From contig NW_027362769.1 of assembly GCF_046119375.1 (NCBI RefSeq), positions 364,994,001 to 365,058,000 on the forward strand: a DNA stretch of 64,000 nt, written 5' to 3'. Shown here one piece after another: positions 35,801 to 53,032 of the stretch. The notes below the pieces were generated by a model. It did not search any database and was not told the origin of the DNA. It saw only the letters and a program-made list of their open reading frames with translations. Position numbers and translations under genes: made by a program. This DNA is from Phyllobates terribilis (lineage: Eukaryota). The stretch's first letter is position 1. Each line of letters opens with the position of its first letter.

Positions 35801-36051
35801 TTAGCCGCATGGAGGTCAGCGGCGCCGGTCGGGGTAGTTGTGCTGCTAGCGCCGCTCATCTCCCCGCTGCATCGCCGCTGACCTCCGTCCGCCAGATGAG
35901 CCGCTAACGGCCGCCATCTTTTTTCAGAAATCCCGCGGCGCTGATTGCCCGCTGCCGGACCAATGAGCGACGCGGGATTTCCAGGACAGACAAACAGAAA
36001 GACAGACAGACAGATAGACAGACAGATGGGATAAGACAATTATATAGTAGA
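32831..36051 (-). mobile_element. Second copy of the non-autonomous Helitron, longer array
   Basis: Same TCTACTATATAA 5' end, hairpin and CTAG 3' end at an A|T site, in reverse orientation. Confidence 0.85.
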
Positions 36052-37679
36052 TGTGACTCACATGTTTCTATCTGTCTAATCTATGTGTGATGCTCTATTC
36101 TTTCTGTTCTAAATTGTCGGGTAATGCCACATCTACCAAGGCTGTGACATTACAGTGAGTGGTAGACAATCCCTGTATGATTGGTGCTCTAAATAGCGCC
36201 AAACATGCAGTATTCGGCGAGCTCCCAGCATCTCGAGTACTGAGATGCTCGGCGAGTACCGAGCAGTGGCAAGCATGGTCGCTCATCACTAGTGTTCCCA
36301 CATTCCACTGAGTCTGAGATCACCGAGGCTGATCAGCTGATCTTCAGCTTATGAACCCAAGTGACCTCACTCTTGCAGCTGCAATGTATACTGGCAGTAG
36401 TGATTACACCCCTGTCAGTGTACATTGCTGTCTTCTACAGCAGTGACATCAGTGATTGCTGAAGTCACTGCTGTAGATGTGACCCGGATCGCCGAGGGAC
36501 AATCTGGATTGCGTCATGATAGCGGACATGTGAGGGATATGGTTGTTTTTTATTTTTAGTTATTTTACAAAAGATAGGGCTTCGGGGATTGAGCATATAA
36601 TAAAAAAAAATATTAAAACAGCTTTCAGATGCCCCAGAAATTACATGAATGGGAATGCTGATGAAAATTGGGTGAATTGGATTAGCTTACACCTAGCTCT
36701 TTTGTTTGGTGATGACAAAATGTCAATCAGACCCTGTCATTACCAAGCCTAAATAAAGTAAAGTAAAGAGTTAAATAAACACACAGACACAGAGTAAACA
36801 CTTTATTTGAAATACAACAGACACATTCTGTTAAGGGAATCTGCCACCCCCTGGGAGATATCAGACCTCTACTATGGGCATACAGGTTGTAGAAAAGAAA
36901 ATCTATACATACCTGTATGGCTCATAGTAGAGGCTTGATTGCAGAGAAAAGTGTTTTCATCTACTCTATTTTCCACAGGCTTGGCATCCCCCGAATGCCA
37001 ATAAATCCCCACCTAACTGTATATTGTTCCCCAAAATATCCGCCTATATGGTTAGTTACCTTATTACCCCACTGCCCTACACGTCACACGGCCCTGTGAT
37101 GTGCTCTGTTCTACCTCACTTCTCGGGCATGAGCAAAGTGCCGCTCACATAAGGCGCGCTTTGCTTCATCCTGGCGCCGTCCCTCTCTGCACTGCGCCGC
37201 AGGGTTCCATTGCGCAGGCACCGGGAAGTGATAGTTACTGCATACGCAATAACAGTATAGGAGACCCACTCTTTAATAATGGGAACAACAAAGCATAGCC
37301 AGCTGATGGCTTATTCACTCTTTATATCCATGAAAGGAAACCGAAGCATCCCTGACCCCGGGTCTTGTATTACAGAAAGCGGAGACTGCTCAACTAAAAT
37401 CTCCAGACTAATGTATGGGATGTAAACGACCAATGATCGCTGAACACAAGCTGCTTTCCCGATATAGGTCGGTCATAGAACCTTGTGTTATATGGAGACA
37501 AAGAACAGAAAAGCCATCAGCCGCTGAGCGGGAACTTCAAACTCATGAACAAAAAGTCACGTGACCTGTGTAGGCTGCGTCTTATTGGTGTTTCCACAAG
37601 TCTGCTTCACATTGGCGGCTTCAGATCCATCCAATGATAAGGTAGGAGGTCGGGGCAGCGGTGGATAAAAAGCGACTGA

Positions 37680-38087
<408 letters not shown>

Positions 38088-38156
38088 TAAGCCTGTACAT
38101 ATAACAGGCGCCTCCAGCTCCGGCCTCAGTGGTTTGTTGTAGTTCCGCAGCACACG

Positions 38157-38813
38157 ATGGCAGAGACCGCACCAGCCGCCGCTCCCCCTCCCGCGGAACC
38201 GGCCGCCAAATCCAAGAAGCAGCCGAAGAAATCCGCCGCCGGGGACGTCAAAAAAAGCAAGAAGCCCTCCGGTCCCAGCGTCTCCGATCTGATCGTGAAA
38301 GCCGTGTCCGCCTCTAAGGAGCGCAGTGGGGTGTCTCTGGCCGCCCCGAAGAAGGCTCTGTCTGCCGGAGGATACGATGTAGAGAAGAACAACAGCCGCC
38401 TGAAGCTGGCCGTCAAGTCTCTGGTCACCAAGGGCGCCCTCCTCCAGGTGAAGGGCAGCGGCGCCTCCGGGTCCTTCAAGCTGAACAAGAAGCAGCAGGA
38501 GACTAAGGACAAAGCGGCCAGGAAGAAGTCAGCAGCTGCGGCCAAGCCCAAGAAGCCTGCTGCAGCCAAGAAAGCCGCCAAGTCTCCGAAGAAGCCCAAG
38601 AAGGCTCCGACCGCGGCCAAGAAGAGCCCGAAAAAGGCCAAGAAGCCCGCAGCAGCAGCCAAGAAGGCGGCCAAGAGCCCCAAGAAGCCAAAGGCCGCTC
38701 CGAAGCCCAAGAAGGTGACGAAGAGTCCGGCTAAGAAAGCTGCTAAACCCAAAGCTGCCAAGAGTCCTGCTAAGAAGGCAGCTAAAGCCAAGAAGCCCGC
38801 AGCTAAGAAATAA
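38157..38813 (+). CDS. H1: Histone H1 (218 aa)
   Basis: Globular domain [19 protein letters not shown] and Lys/Ala/Pro tail; upstream GC box, CCAAT and TATA; stem-loop 38844-38859 with one mismatch. Confidence 0.9.
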   Translation: MAETAPAAAPPPAEPAAKSKKQPKKSAAGDVKKSKKPSGPSVSDLIVKAVSASKERSGVSLAAPKKALSAGGYDVEKNNSRLKLAVKSLVTKGALLQVKGSGASGSFKLNKKQQETKDKAARKKSAAAAKPKKPAAAKKAAKSPKKPKKAPTAAKKSPKKAKKPAAAAKKAAKSPKKPKAAPKPKKVTKSPAKKAAKPKAAKSPAKKAAKAKKPAAKK

Positions 38814-38859
38814 TCCAAAGCCGCCCTGTTATTACCCCACAAAGGCTCTTTTCAGATCC

Positions 38860-39520
38860 ACCACCTTGTTCCCTGCAGAGCTGTATGATCAGTGCCATCA
38901 TCTTGTCCCCTTCATAGCTGTATGATCAGTGCCACCACCTTGTACCCTGCAGAGCTGTATGATCAGTGCCATCATCTTGTCCCGGCAGAGCTATATTATC
39001 AATGCCACCACCTTGTACCCTGCAGAGCTGTATGATCAGTGCCCCCACCTTGTCCCCGGCAGAGCTGTATGATCAGTGCCCCCACCTTGTCCCCGGCAGA
39101 GCTGTATGATCAGTGCCACCACCTTGTCCCCTTCAGAGCTGTATGATCAGTGCCACCACCTTGTACCCTGCAGAGCTGTATGATCAGTGCCACCACCTTT
39201 TCCCTGGCAGAGCTGTGACCAGTGCCACCACCTTGTTCCTTGTAGAGCTGTGTGATCAGTGCCACCACCTTGTCCTCGGCTGAGCTGTATGATCAGTGCC
39301 ACCACCTTGTCCCTGGCAGAGCTGTATGATCAGTGCCATCACCTTGTCCCCGGCTGAGCTGTATGATCAGTACCACCACCTTGTCCCCTGCAGAGCTGTA
39401 TGATCAGCGCCACCACCTTGTCCCCTGCAGAGCTGTATGATCAGTGCCACCACCTTGTCCCCTGCAGAGCTGTATGATCAGTGCCACCACCTTGTCCCCG
39501 GCAGATCTGTATGATCAGTG
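38860..39520 (+). repeat. About 18 copies of a 37-bp unit directly after the H1 stem-loop
   Basis: Unit CAGAGCTGTATGATCAGTGCCACCACCTTGTCCCC(T/G)G. Confidence 0.9.
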
Positions 39521-40116
39521 CCCTTATATGCTGCCGCTTCTAGATTATAGTGTGTACAGGGAGCGGCTCCAGTGTTATAATGAATAAGCTTTTCCCCACA
39601 TCTCCGCATAGAGCTGCGCTGTGTCCCGATCACACCAGTGCAGGTGACCGATCAGTGTAATCAATGGAGGGAAGGGGCCGATGTCCTACAGAAATCTACA
39701 TCATCCTAATCAATCACCACTTGTAATCTGCGTCTTTATTAGTGAAAGGATTAGTGTGCGGTTATTACTTCGATGTGAGAATTGGAGAACCAGTGATTTG
39801 ACTGATGATAGATTAGAGCCTGTACAGCTCCGTGTACTGGTGACATAGAACAGTGACGACTGCGGCTCTTGCTGTAGAAGCCGCATGTAGACATGGTGTG
39901 ACCCTGTGCCAGTATCCGCAGCCAGAAAAGAGTGTGAACAGAGACCCTGCCCCTCTTTATGAGGGCGGGATTACTGGGTGTTGGGTTGATTTCGTGAATA
40001 ATGTTTGGTCGCAGACATCGCACGTGTTTTGGCGGCTCATGTTAATTTATGAACTAGCCAATAGAATTGTAGGGGGCGTGTTCACATGACGCGCTAACAG
40101 GAGCAGAGGAGTATAA

Positions 40117-40581
<465 letters not shown>

Positions 40582-41827
40582 ATCCGTCCTACACGTCTGA
40601 CTATAACACAAAGGCTCTTTTCAGAGCCACCAAATCCTCCATAATAACGAGCTGATCCCTCACATCTGCTTCTCTACCCTGATTATTGAATGTCAGCTTT
40701 ATATAATCTATTTGGAGTCTGGACTGTGTTGTGAAAGAATCTAGAAAGCATGCGCAGATTTCTTGGTGTATATGATGCGATCATTATAGGACGTCCATTA
40801 TCCAGCGCTATCTCCTGTGAACACTCGCTGACTCCTATCAGCCGCACGGGTCTGATCCTGAAAACGCATCAGGATTAAGAGACTAATATCCTCTGCAGCT
40901 CTGTAGTAGGTTTATCTAGATAATATTAACCTACATTTTATAAAATCCCCACCTCCTTCTTTCAAAGTTCTCTGTAAACTGCAGTATCTCGTTTCTTTAT
41001 ATTCCCGGCACTCGGAATATTGCTGGTGTGATGGAGTCACCATTGTTAGAATCAGTTCTGCACTTTGTGTTTATAGAAAGCGGATACTGTTCCCTGGATC
41101 CTGGAAAACAAGATTCCTGTATGGAACCAAGAGACCATTGATCGCTCAACACAAGCAAATTTCCTGATTTCCGAGAGTCCTGAAACTACGTGATCCAGAA
41201 GGACAAAGAAGAGAAAAAGCCATCAGCCCCTGAGCGGGAACTTCCTATTCGGTAATTCTTAACATTAGCTCCTCCCCTTCCTCTGCTGATTGGCTGAACA
41301 CAGGACGTTAGGGAGTTTGAATTTCCCGCTCCTTGTAGTTTCCGCAGCTTCTACATGTAATTGTGTTACTACTTCTGCTGTGAAGAGAAGTGTCCGGTCT
41401 ATAGATAAACTCCACTGACCACATTCATGTAATCACCTTCCAGATCACAGTGTATTCTCCATTGGATATGGGACCACTGGAATGAGAATCAATCAGCTGC
41501 TCAGTGATTATGTTACTTATACGGTTCCTTTTTTATTTGACCAATCTGAGCTGTTGTCATTATCTTCTACAGGAATAATTCTGTTCCCAATTGATAACAG
41601 TACTGTCCTGCCATTATCGCTTGCAGGAAGAGACCCTCTGTAAGCCAAACTGAGGGGATTCCCGGCTTATGAGCTGGTGTCAGTATCGGAGCAGTGCTGC
41701 TGACCGCGGGATGATGAGGGGAGTAGTAAGGTGCGGAAATGACCCTTCCTGGACATTAGTGAATAGCATGTTACGAATATGCTGGTATGATGGAAGTGGG
41801 GGTTAATCACTGTCAGTGCCGTTATAG

Positions 41828-42346
<519 letters not shown>

Positions 42347-43400
42347 TTGTGTTCTCTGCTCCATCCTGACAATCCAAAGGCTCTTTTCAGAGCCACCACA
42401 TCTTCTAAGTGAGGCTACAATTTCCTGCTGGCGAGTAATAATCCCTGTGCTTCTGTGAATGTCAGTGCGAGATTTATACTCTGTTTAATAGGAATTAAAA
42501 TACTCAGTCATTGTTCACAAGGAGCTCTGAGAATACTGGCACTGAAGGGTTAATAGTTTCTTGCGGTTGGAATGATTTCTAGTCAATCACCGATTACGTC
42601 CAATACAGGAATCTGTAGATCTCCCGAGTTATGGAAGCAGTATCCGCTTTCTGTAATACAAGGTACATTCCTGCTCCCATCAATAGCGATGTTCCGAGTG
42701 CTGCTCGGAGAAAACCTTGAATGATGGTGAAGATTGTTAACCCGAAAATAATTAATAATTGAGGCCCACCCTTCTCTCTACGATCACTGTGATTGGGGTA
42801 AGCGGCTCTGCGCCGTACAGTGGGGTAGAGCTTCCCCCAGACCAGATAGCGTTCTCCCTACAAGCAGAGGAGCCGGTAATATGACAAAAGACAAAGAACG
42901 ATTGAGCGGGAAATTGAAAACAGCCAACGGATCTGTGATCAGCCAATGACAGACAGACATCCTCAGGCGCCGATCAATACCGGATACAAGTATTTCTGCC
43001 ACTGTTTAACTCTAGTAGCCGTGTGTTTTGTTGATCCCCACTCCGCACTTACACATGCTTTACAGAAGCGGGGTCTTCCCCAGACCCCGCGACGCTCACA
43101 TCAGGCTCCTTGTAGAACCTGTGAGACTTCTCCTCAGTTGGATCGGAGCGAACACCACAGGGTATCAATGTAGATTAGTGGGTGAATGGGGAGCCTCCTG
43201 GATGTGTAGATGGAGCGGAGTAGAAGCATCAGATCACTGCTGAATATACAGATAACGGCACTGAATGGAATTAACCCCTCTCCCGCCATCCCCTACTTGA
43301 GGATTGAATGGCGCTCATAGAACCCACTCCCAAAATAAGTCAGATTTTTAAAAGTTCGCTCTTCTAGAATTAGGACCTTGTTATCCTCAGGTGATCGGGG

Positions 43401-44410
43401 TGTGTCACCCCAGGCCTGGATGCCACAAATATTATAGGCTGTGTCTGAGAGCAGGAGTTAGGTTCCCTGGTCAGGGACAATTAGCATACAGCACCTCCTG
43501 TCCCAGGCCAGTAGGTGGAGCTGGCTGCCCTTATAAAAGCTGGAACTGAGGGCAGGGTTAGAGAGAACTGGACGACCTAGCTCAGGACTGAGACTAGTCC
43601 CAGAGAAGGAGGGACAGTTCAGCTGTAGCCAAGGAGTCCGTGAGGCAGAGGAGAAGCTGCGAGCCAGGGACAGAGGCGACGAGAGCCGGTTCTGGATGAG
43701 AGAACTACACCAACGGACATTGGGGTCCGAGGCTGTCAGGGTTGCAAGCCCAGCAGCAGAGAACCAACCCGCGAGGGATTTCAGGTCCCTTGGCCTAAGA
43801 AGCCTGGAGGCTCCGCCACACAGAGGGACCGGTACAGCACGAGGAAGCAAAAGGTACCCAAGGCCCGAGTCGCAAGCCATACAGGCGAAGTACATGGCCA
43901 GCTCAGGGACGTGGGCTATTACACCACGAAAAGGGGGATAGTCAGCAAGGGCAGAGTGAGAACGGTAGGCCTTCACACTCACCCTGACCAGTGGGGCTCG
44001 CCCGAATGCTCTCAGACACCCAGGCCCATTCCTACCCGGTACTCCTGTCGGGTCATTAGTAATACCTACAATAAAGACCCTGGACTGTTTGAAGCGGATT
44101 CTGAACTCTTATTATTGCGGCCTGCACTATCACCACCAGCATTCACATACGCTTCCCTGAGGCTACACTCTTCCCGTTGGGAGTTATCCTATCCCTGTGC
44201 TGCACACTAGCATCAGCGGTCTGCCTTGCAGTGGCGGTCATCCCTGACCGCAACCCACGGGTGGCGTAGTCGGACATTCATAACTCTACAAATAGACTGC
44301 CACAGCATTTGGTCTGACCACCCTGAGCCACGGGATGGGGTTGCCACTACTACCCCCATCATCGCACTAAAGCCCGGTTCCGGGTGCCCCACGGCTCAGG
44401 GGGCAAGTCA
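43401..44410 (+). mobile_element. Solo LTR distantly related to element B LTR
   Basis: TG...CA ends; TSD GGGG; similar empty site near 55488; shared start motifs with the B LTR. Confidence 0.75.
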
Positions 44411-47400
44411 GGGGCAGATCTAAGCTCTTTTCCCACAGATCCGGAGGTCCAGCAAGTTGTCTTTGTGCAAGTTTGTAAACAGTTTAGTGAGGAAGGCTGT
44501 CAATTGTATGACTTACCTTATTAGCAGCCGCATTGTATGTATGAAAAACTGGCTTCTCACGGGCAAGGACCTAATGTTCACCCTTCCCCGTTGTCCCTTG
44601 TACTCTTCAGTATAGACTATATCACTGTCCAGCATGAGTAAAGCAACCATTGCGCTATAACAGGAGTAACATGTACGAGGACCAAGCTATGAGTCCTCTG
44701 CAGCGGCCCTTAAAGGATCAACAGTCGGCCCTCACTATTGTTAGAGGGCCATCAACCGGCTATGCTTTGTTGTTCCCATTATTAAAAAGTGGGTCTCCTT
44801 TACTGTTATTGCGTATGCAGTAACTGTCAATTCCCGACGCCTGCACAATGGAACCCTGCGGTACAGTGCACGGCGAGACGGGGCCAGGATGAAGCAAAGC
44901 GCGCCTTATGTGAGCGGCATTTTGCGCATGCCCGAGTAGTGAGGTAGAACAGAGCTCATCACAGGTCCCTGTGACGTGCAGGGCAGTGGGATAATATGGT
45001 AACTAAGCATATAGGCGGATATTTTGGGGAACAATAAACAGATGGGGATTTATTCGTTTCCGGGGGACACCAATCCTGTGGAAAACAAAGTAGATGAAAG
45101 CACTTTTCTCTGAAATCAAACCTCTACTATGGGCCATACAGGTATGTATAGATTTTCTTTTCTTTAACTTGTATGCCCATAGTAGAGGTCTGATATCTCC
45201 CAGGGGGTGACAGAATCCCTTAAAATAATGTGTCTGTTGTATTTCAAATAAAGTGTTTACTCTGTGTCTGTGTGTTTATTTAATTCTTTACTTTATTTTA
45301 TTTAGGTTTGGTAATGAAAGGGTCTGATTGACATTGTGTCATCACGAAACAAAAGAGCTAGGTGTCAGCTAATCCAATTCACCCAATTTTCATCAGCATT
45401 CCCATTCATGTAATTTCTGGGGCAGCTGAAAGCTGCTACTTTTAGCCTAGGAAGGTGCCATTAGTCAAACATGTTCCCTGACTATAATAACAGCTCACAG
45501 TTGTTTCATTAGCCTATGACGTAGCATATTTTTTCTGTCTCAAAAACACGGTGTTCTATTGCCGCACTTTTGTTGTCGGTACATGTGAATCCACCGCATA
45601 AAATGAAACTTCAATCGGTTAACATCTGCAGCAGAAACTAGCTACAGAAATTGACATGCTGCGGGTGAGTTTGGGGATATGGCCACGATCAGGAGCCGCT
45701 GCAGGTTTGACGCTGCGTGTTTTTAAAGGATGAAACCTGCAGCGTTGAGATGTTACAGGATAGTGGATGGGATTTCTAGAAATCCCATGTCCACTATGCA
45801 TGTATCTGAGTGTGCGTATCACCCGTGGACATTGTCATGTGGCGCGTCTTTCAGGACCGCAGCATGTCAAATTCTCTTGCAGAGACGCTAGTCTCCGTAA
45901 CCGAAATGTGACCTCTAGAATGCATTAAATGTGGTAAATCCGCATATTTTAGTGAACACATGTGGATTTACCTGCGTTCAAAAGAATGCAACGTTTTGGA
46001 AGAATATGTGTCTAAAGCCCTGCAAAGTCTGAATCATGGGCACAGAGCCTAAAATTTTTAAAAAATTATGGCATGGGCTCCTGAGTCATTTTTATAACCA
46101 GCAAAGGGAAAGCCGGCCGCTGGAGGCTGATATTAGTAGCTTGGGAAGGGGCCATTAGCCCAACAATGTTCCCTGGCTATTAATAACAACCTATAGCTGT
46201 TTGCTTAGCCTTTACTGGCTAGATTACAGTGGGATCCCAGAAAAAAATTGACATAGGGTCCCCCTATTAATTCTAACCAGAAGAGTCTATACAGACAGCT
46301 GCATGCTGATATTAATAGCCAAGGAAGGGGCCATGGATCCTGTCCCCTCCGCGGCTAATAATATCACCCCTCAGCAGTCCCAGAAATGGCGCATCCGCTT
46401 TTCTCACTGCCCTGTAGCAGTGGCGAGTGTGGTAATGGGGTCTGGGTTCATGTCAGCCTTGTATTGGCGGCTGACGTGAAGCTCAGGTTAGTAATGGAGG
46501 GCGTCTATAAGACGCCCCCATTACTAACCGTGTAGTAAAGTTTTCACCGCTTTGTAAAATAAAAAAAAGTTTTCACTGCTTTTTAAATTAAATAAAAGAC
46601 AAGGCCAGAATAAAGTATTTTAATGAAATAAAAATACCCACGGTTTTAATATTTTTTTTATTATATGCTCAGTCCCCGAAACCCTCGATCTTCTGTAAAA
46701 AAAATAAAAAACAACCATATCCCTCACATGTCCGCCATCATCACGCAATCCAGATTGTCCCTCGGCGATTCGGGTCAATTCTACAGCAGTGACATCAGCA
46801 ATCACTGATGTCACTGGTGTAGAAGACAGCAATGTACACTGACAGGGGTGTAATCACTACTGCCAGTATACATTGCAGCTGCAAGAGTGAGGTCACTTGG
46901 GTTCATAAGCTGAAGATCAGAAGATCAGCCCCAGCCCGGTTATCTCAGCCTCTGTGGAATGTGGGAACATTCTTGAGAATGTTCCCACGCAGCACCGGTG
47001 CCGTAAAGTGAGGTCACGTGAGCTCTGAGCTGATCTTCAGCTGAGAGCTCATGTGACCTCAGGTCCTGGCAGCGCAGCAAAGTACACTGCTGGAAGCGAG
47101 CACTCTCCCAGCAGTGTACCGCCGGCCTCCGGGCTGAACACGTCACCGGGGACATTGTAAGGACCAGGAGGACATCGGGAGCTGTCAGACAGGTGAAGAT
47201 AGTGATTTTTTATTTTTTCTTACACAGCGCGCAGCCCCGACTCGGCTGAGAACACTGCTGATCCCCTCAGCCGCGCCGCTCTCGCTATTATCAGCGGGAC
47301 TGGTGGTCGGATGATGGGAGTAGTCGCCCTCCCCAGCCAATCCGGGTACCACTCTATGTGCGTTTCTGCAGCGTTTCCCGCCCATTGACTTTAATGGAAC

Positions 47401-47426
47401 CGCAGCAAATCCACAAGTATAAATAT

Positions 47427-47585
47427 TAGTAGATGGTGGCCCGATTCTAACGTATCGGGTATTCTAGTATATATATGCGGTCAAGCCGAGCGCAATCAGC
47501 AGAGCGTTGTTTAAATTTGGAGCCAAAATCACTGATTGGTCGCGACCGCCGACCGCGACCACTCAGCAAGGCGGTGTTTAAATTT
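47427..47585 (-). mobile_element. 3' fragment of the same Helitron family
   Basis: CCCGATTCTAACGTATCGGG hairpin plus about 1.5 array units. Confidence 0.7.
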
Positions 47586-47589
47586 GCAT

Positions 47590-48010
47590 TTGTCAAAACC
47601 TGACAAATGCAATGGACGAGAGAGTTCAGAAGCTCCTTTCGAACAAGGGGTCCTATGTGCAAATGTAACATCACCTAGAATAAAGTTTTGAGTTGAAAAC
47701 TGTTTGATTTCAGTTTGTAATAACCTGCTAATGCTTATAATTTCAAAAATGACCATTTTTTTTGTTCTTTATTAAAATGAAAAGGTTGAAAACTCTGCTG
47801 TGCATAATAATTTGGAACATGCATTTTGAGTGCAGTTTGAGTTTTTTATTTTTTTTTAAAATATACTGTTATCATAGGCAGTTTGTACAAAAACCTTTCA
47901 ATCGTACTCTAATAGTTATTTGACTGGAAAATTACAATGACTGCAATTCATATAGGTAATTTGGGAAAATCTGAGAAAATATTATTTGCATAATAATTTG
48001 GAACACAGTG
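47590..48010 (+). mobile_element. Tc1/mariner 3' fragment
   Basis: Transposase C-terminus LTNAMDERVQKLLSNKGSYVQM*; two TGCATAATAATTTGGAACA direct repeats (IR/DR); ends at TA. Confidence 0.75.
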
Positions 48011-49331
48011 TATATAATTGTTGTGTAGTCTGTGCACTATATACAGCTGTGCTCTGTGTGTAGACGCTTCATTTTGTGTCTTCTCTCAGTAGTTCACCTT
48101 TTGCACAATAGTGGGGTGTACTTATATTACAGGTCAGGGAGGCCATTACCTGTGTTACCCTTCTGGGCTCTCAGCAGCTGCAGATCGTCTCCACATCGTA
48201 CAATCCGCTTTCTGTACGACAGACATTATCCGGGCAGAGAAGCACAACTGGAGTGCGGAGCTTCACTCTGTTGGGAGGAGACGGGGCCCATGTTCAGTGT
48301 CAGTGGATAAAGAGGGAGAGGACAAGAGGAAGAGCAGAAGAGCGATCAGTACCTGAGCAGGAAAGAATCTCCTGAGGAGGATGTGATGACTGAGGATCTA
48401 ACTGCATGCCTGACCTATACTGCATGCCTGACCTATGCTGCATGCCTGACCTATGCTGCATGCCTGACCTATACTGCATGCCTGACCTATAGGCTCCTGA
48501 CAGCAGAGTGTAATGTTCTGAGCAATGAACTCTCAGCAATCTGCAATCCACAATCGTACGAGTCCTGTCACAAACCTCCTGCCTTTAGCTGTAGAATTGA
48601 TCTGTAAATGGATTACTGGAAAACTGCTGAGGAGATGATCGGGGAGACATAATGAGATCTGCATGGGAAAGTAGAATTGATCTTTCTAGAAATGTTTCTT
48701 GTAGGATAAATCCCCGATCAGTATATAGTCCTCCACAATAGTGATTGTGATGCAATGTACTGAAGAAAAAGATCTGCTGCCCTAATCCCGAAACTCTACA
48801 GACTCCTGTATGTGATGTAAACGAGGAATAATCGCTGCACACATGCAGGTGTTCCCGATATCGGCCCGACATAGGACCACGTGTTATATGATGACAAAGA
48901 ACAGAAAATCCATCAAGCACTGAGCGGGAATTCACCCATTGGTAACATTAGCTCCTCCTCTTCCTCTGCGGATTATGAATTTCCCGCTCATTGCAGTTTC
49001 CACAACTTCTAAATGTAATGATGTAATTTCTTCCTCTGTGAAAAGAAGTGACCGGAATTATAGATAAATTCTACACAAATATCTCATGTTATTCGGAGAA
49101 ACAAGAACTAACCGAATCAGGTTATACCGGATGGAGGAGACCCCGGAATATCAGATCTGGGGAGCAAGTGGTTGAGTAAAAAGCCACTGAACACAGGACA
49201 ACTCGCTCATAAGATTACTGAAAGGATCAGAGCTGTGAAGGAACTCATTCATAGGTTTCACCATCAGTCTAGAAAGGGTTAATCGGCTCTACTAGCGCCA
49301 CCTGCCATTTATCCTGTGAATAGACAGAACA

Positions 49332-49478
49332 CAGGAGCAGCCACAGCTCTGATGTAGACGGGAGAGGACACAGGAGCAGCCACAGCTCTGATGTAGACGG
49401 GAGAGGACACAGGAGCAGCCACAGCTCTGATGGAGACGGGAGAGGACACAGGAGCAGCCACAGCTCTGATGGAGACGG
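49332..49478 (-). repeat. About 4 copies of a 39-bp unit after the H2B stem-loop
   Basis: CCGTCT(C/A)CATCAGAGCTGTGGCTGCTCCTGTGTCCTCTC. Confidence 0.85.
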
Positions 49479-49533
49479 GGTGGTGGCTCTTAGAAGAGCC
49501 TTTGGGGTGATGGCGAGCAGCAGACGGANNNNN

Positions 49534-50170
<637 letters not shown>

Positions 50171-50192
50171 CTGAGGAGACAGAAGGGGCATT

Positions 50193-51611
<1,419 letters not shown>

Positions 51612-52963
51612 GCGCCGCTCCTCCACATCTGTCCGAACAACCAAAGGCTCTTCTAAGAGCCACCACATCCTCCTCATCAGAGCCGGCACCGCTGGTGGAT
51701 AAGAGAACCATCGCCTGCAGCGTCAGATAGAACTACACGATACATTGTTTACTATAGAGTAGAAGCATTAAATGCACAGGTCGATCCTGCTACATGTTAC
51801 TGGTGTGGTGATGGTGCAGCGATTACTTTTACCTGGCTGGGCAGTGATCTAGTATATTCAGCACATTATAGAAGGGATGATTGGTAAATATTTGCATAGG
51901 GGAAGATTAAGCATGGAGTCCAGTCATTTTTATTCCAATAAACCTATAAATTGGACGATTATTTTTGCCTGGGTTTTCTGAGCTCCACACAATCCTCATG
52001 TAGGGGATGGGGGGAGAGGGGGTTAATTCCAATCAATGCCGTTATCTGTATATTCAGCAGTGATCTGATGCTTCTCCGCTCCATCTACACGTGCAGGAGG
52101 CTCCTCACTCACCCACGTATTCTTTGCGGATTCCCTGTGGTGTCGGCGCCGATCACTCCACAGACTAAGACAAGTCTCTGAGGTTCTACCAGGAGCCTGA
52201 TGTGAGCGCTGCGGGTCTGGAGTGGGGGAAGGAGCCGCTTGTGTAAAGCATGTGTGTGATCAGCAGTCACACGGCCACTAAGGAGTTAAACGGAGGAGGA
52301 AACCCTTATATCTGGTTCCTAGTCATTGGCTAAACAGATCCGCGGTCATCACATAGGAGTCTACATACCGGGTACACAGGGCGGCCATCTATCCAGCTGC
52401 CTCATGCAGTGAATATTCGCTGCCCCTGCGTCCTACACTGATCTGAAAAAAATATCATGTAGCAGAATCAACACATTCATCTCATGGCAAGACTTGGATT
52501 TCTGTTCTGTAATAACCGCATCACAGCAGGGTATGAGCTGTGTGCACAGAGCTATATGTATCACCACTCCCCCGCATCCACCGTGTGTAATATTTATGTT
52601 ATAGATCCATAAGAAGACACATCACATCACCCAAAGTCAGCGGTGTCAGCTCCAGAAGTGAAAGACTGCGGAGCAGACACACCAGTACATGTCAGGAGTG
52701 TATAACAGACACGTCCCAGGCTGTAACAGCTACCAATATTACAGGCAGCCGCACAAAGGATCTCGTACTCTGCATATACACTGAGCCTGGTGCTAATCAG
52801 GACATACAGTCCACAGCTCTGCGCAATTATTAACGTTTCCGACTCCCCAGTATGTGGAGCACGAAACTTGATACCAGAGCGATCTACCAGCAAGAGGAGA
52901 AATCAGCAGAGCGCAAATCACCCCCAGCACAACAGGAAACTAGCCTCTCACTTAGATTTGGGT

Positions 52964-53032
52964 GGCTCTGAAAAGAGCCTTTGTGTTGCCAGGGTGGAGC
53001 ATCTTGACAACCCAAAGGCTCTTTTCAGAGCC
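52964..53032. other. Two orphan histone stem-loops, back to back
   Basis: GGCTCTTTTCAGAGCC on minus (52964-52979) and plus (53017-53032), 37 nt apart, with no CDS. Confidence 0.9.

Noticed and set aside
38126-38842. Antisense ORFs over H1, H3 and H4
   Set aside because: Shadows of GC-rich histone codon usage.
48300-48500. Possible zinc-finger gene exon
   Set aside because: Only a vague purine-rich resemblance plus an 18-bp minisatellite; no C2H2 or KRAB motif.
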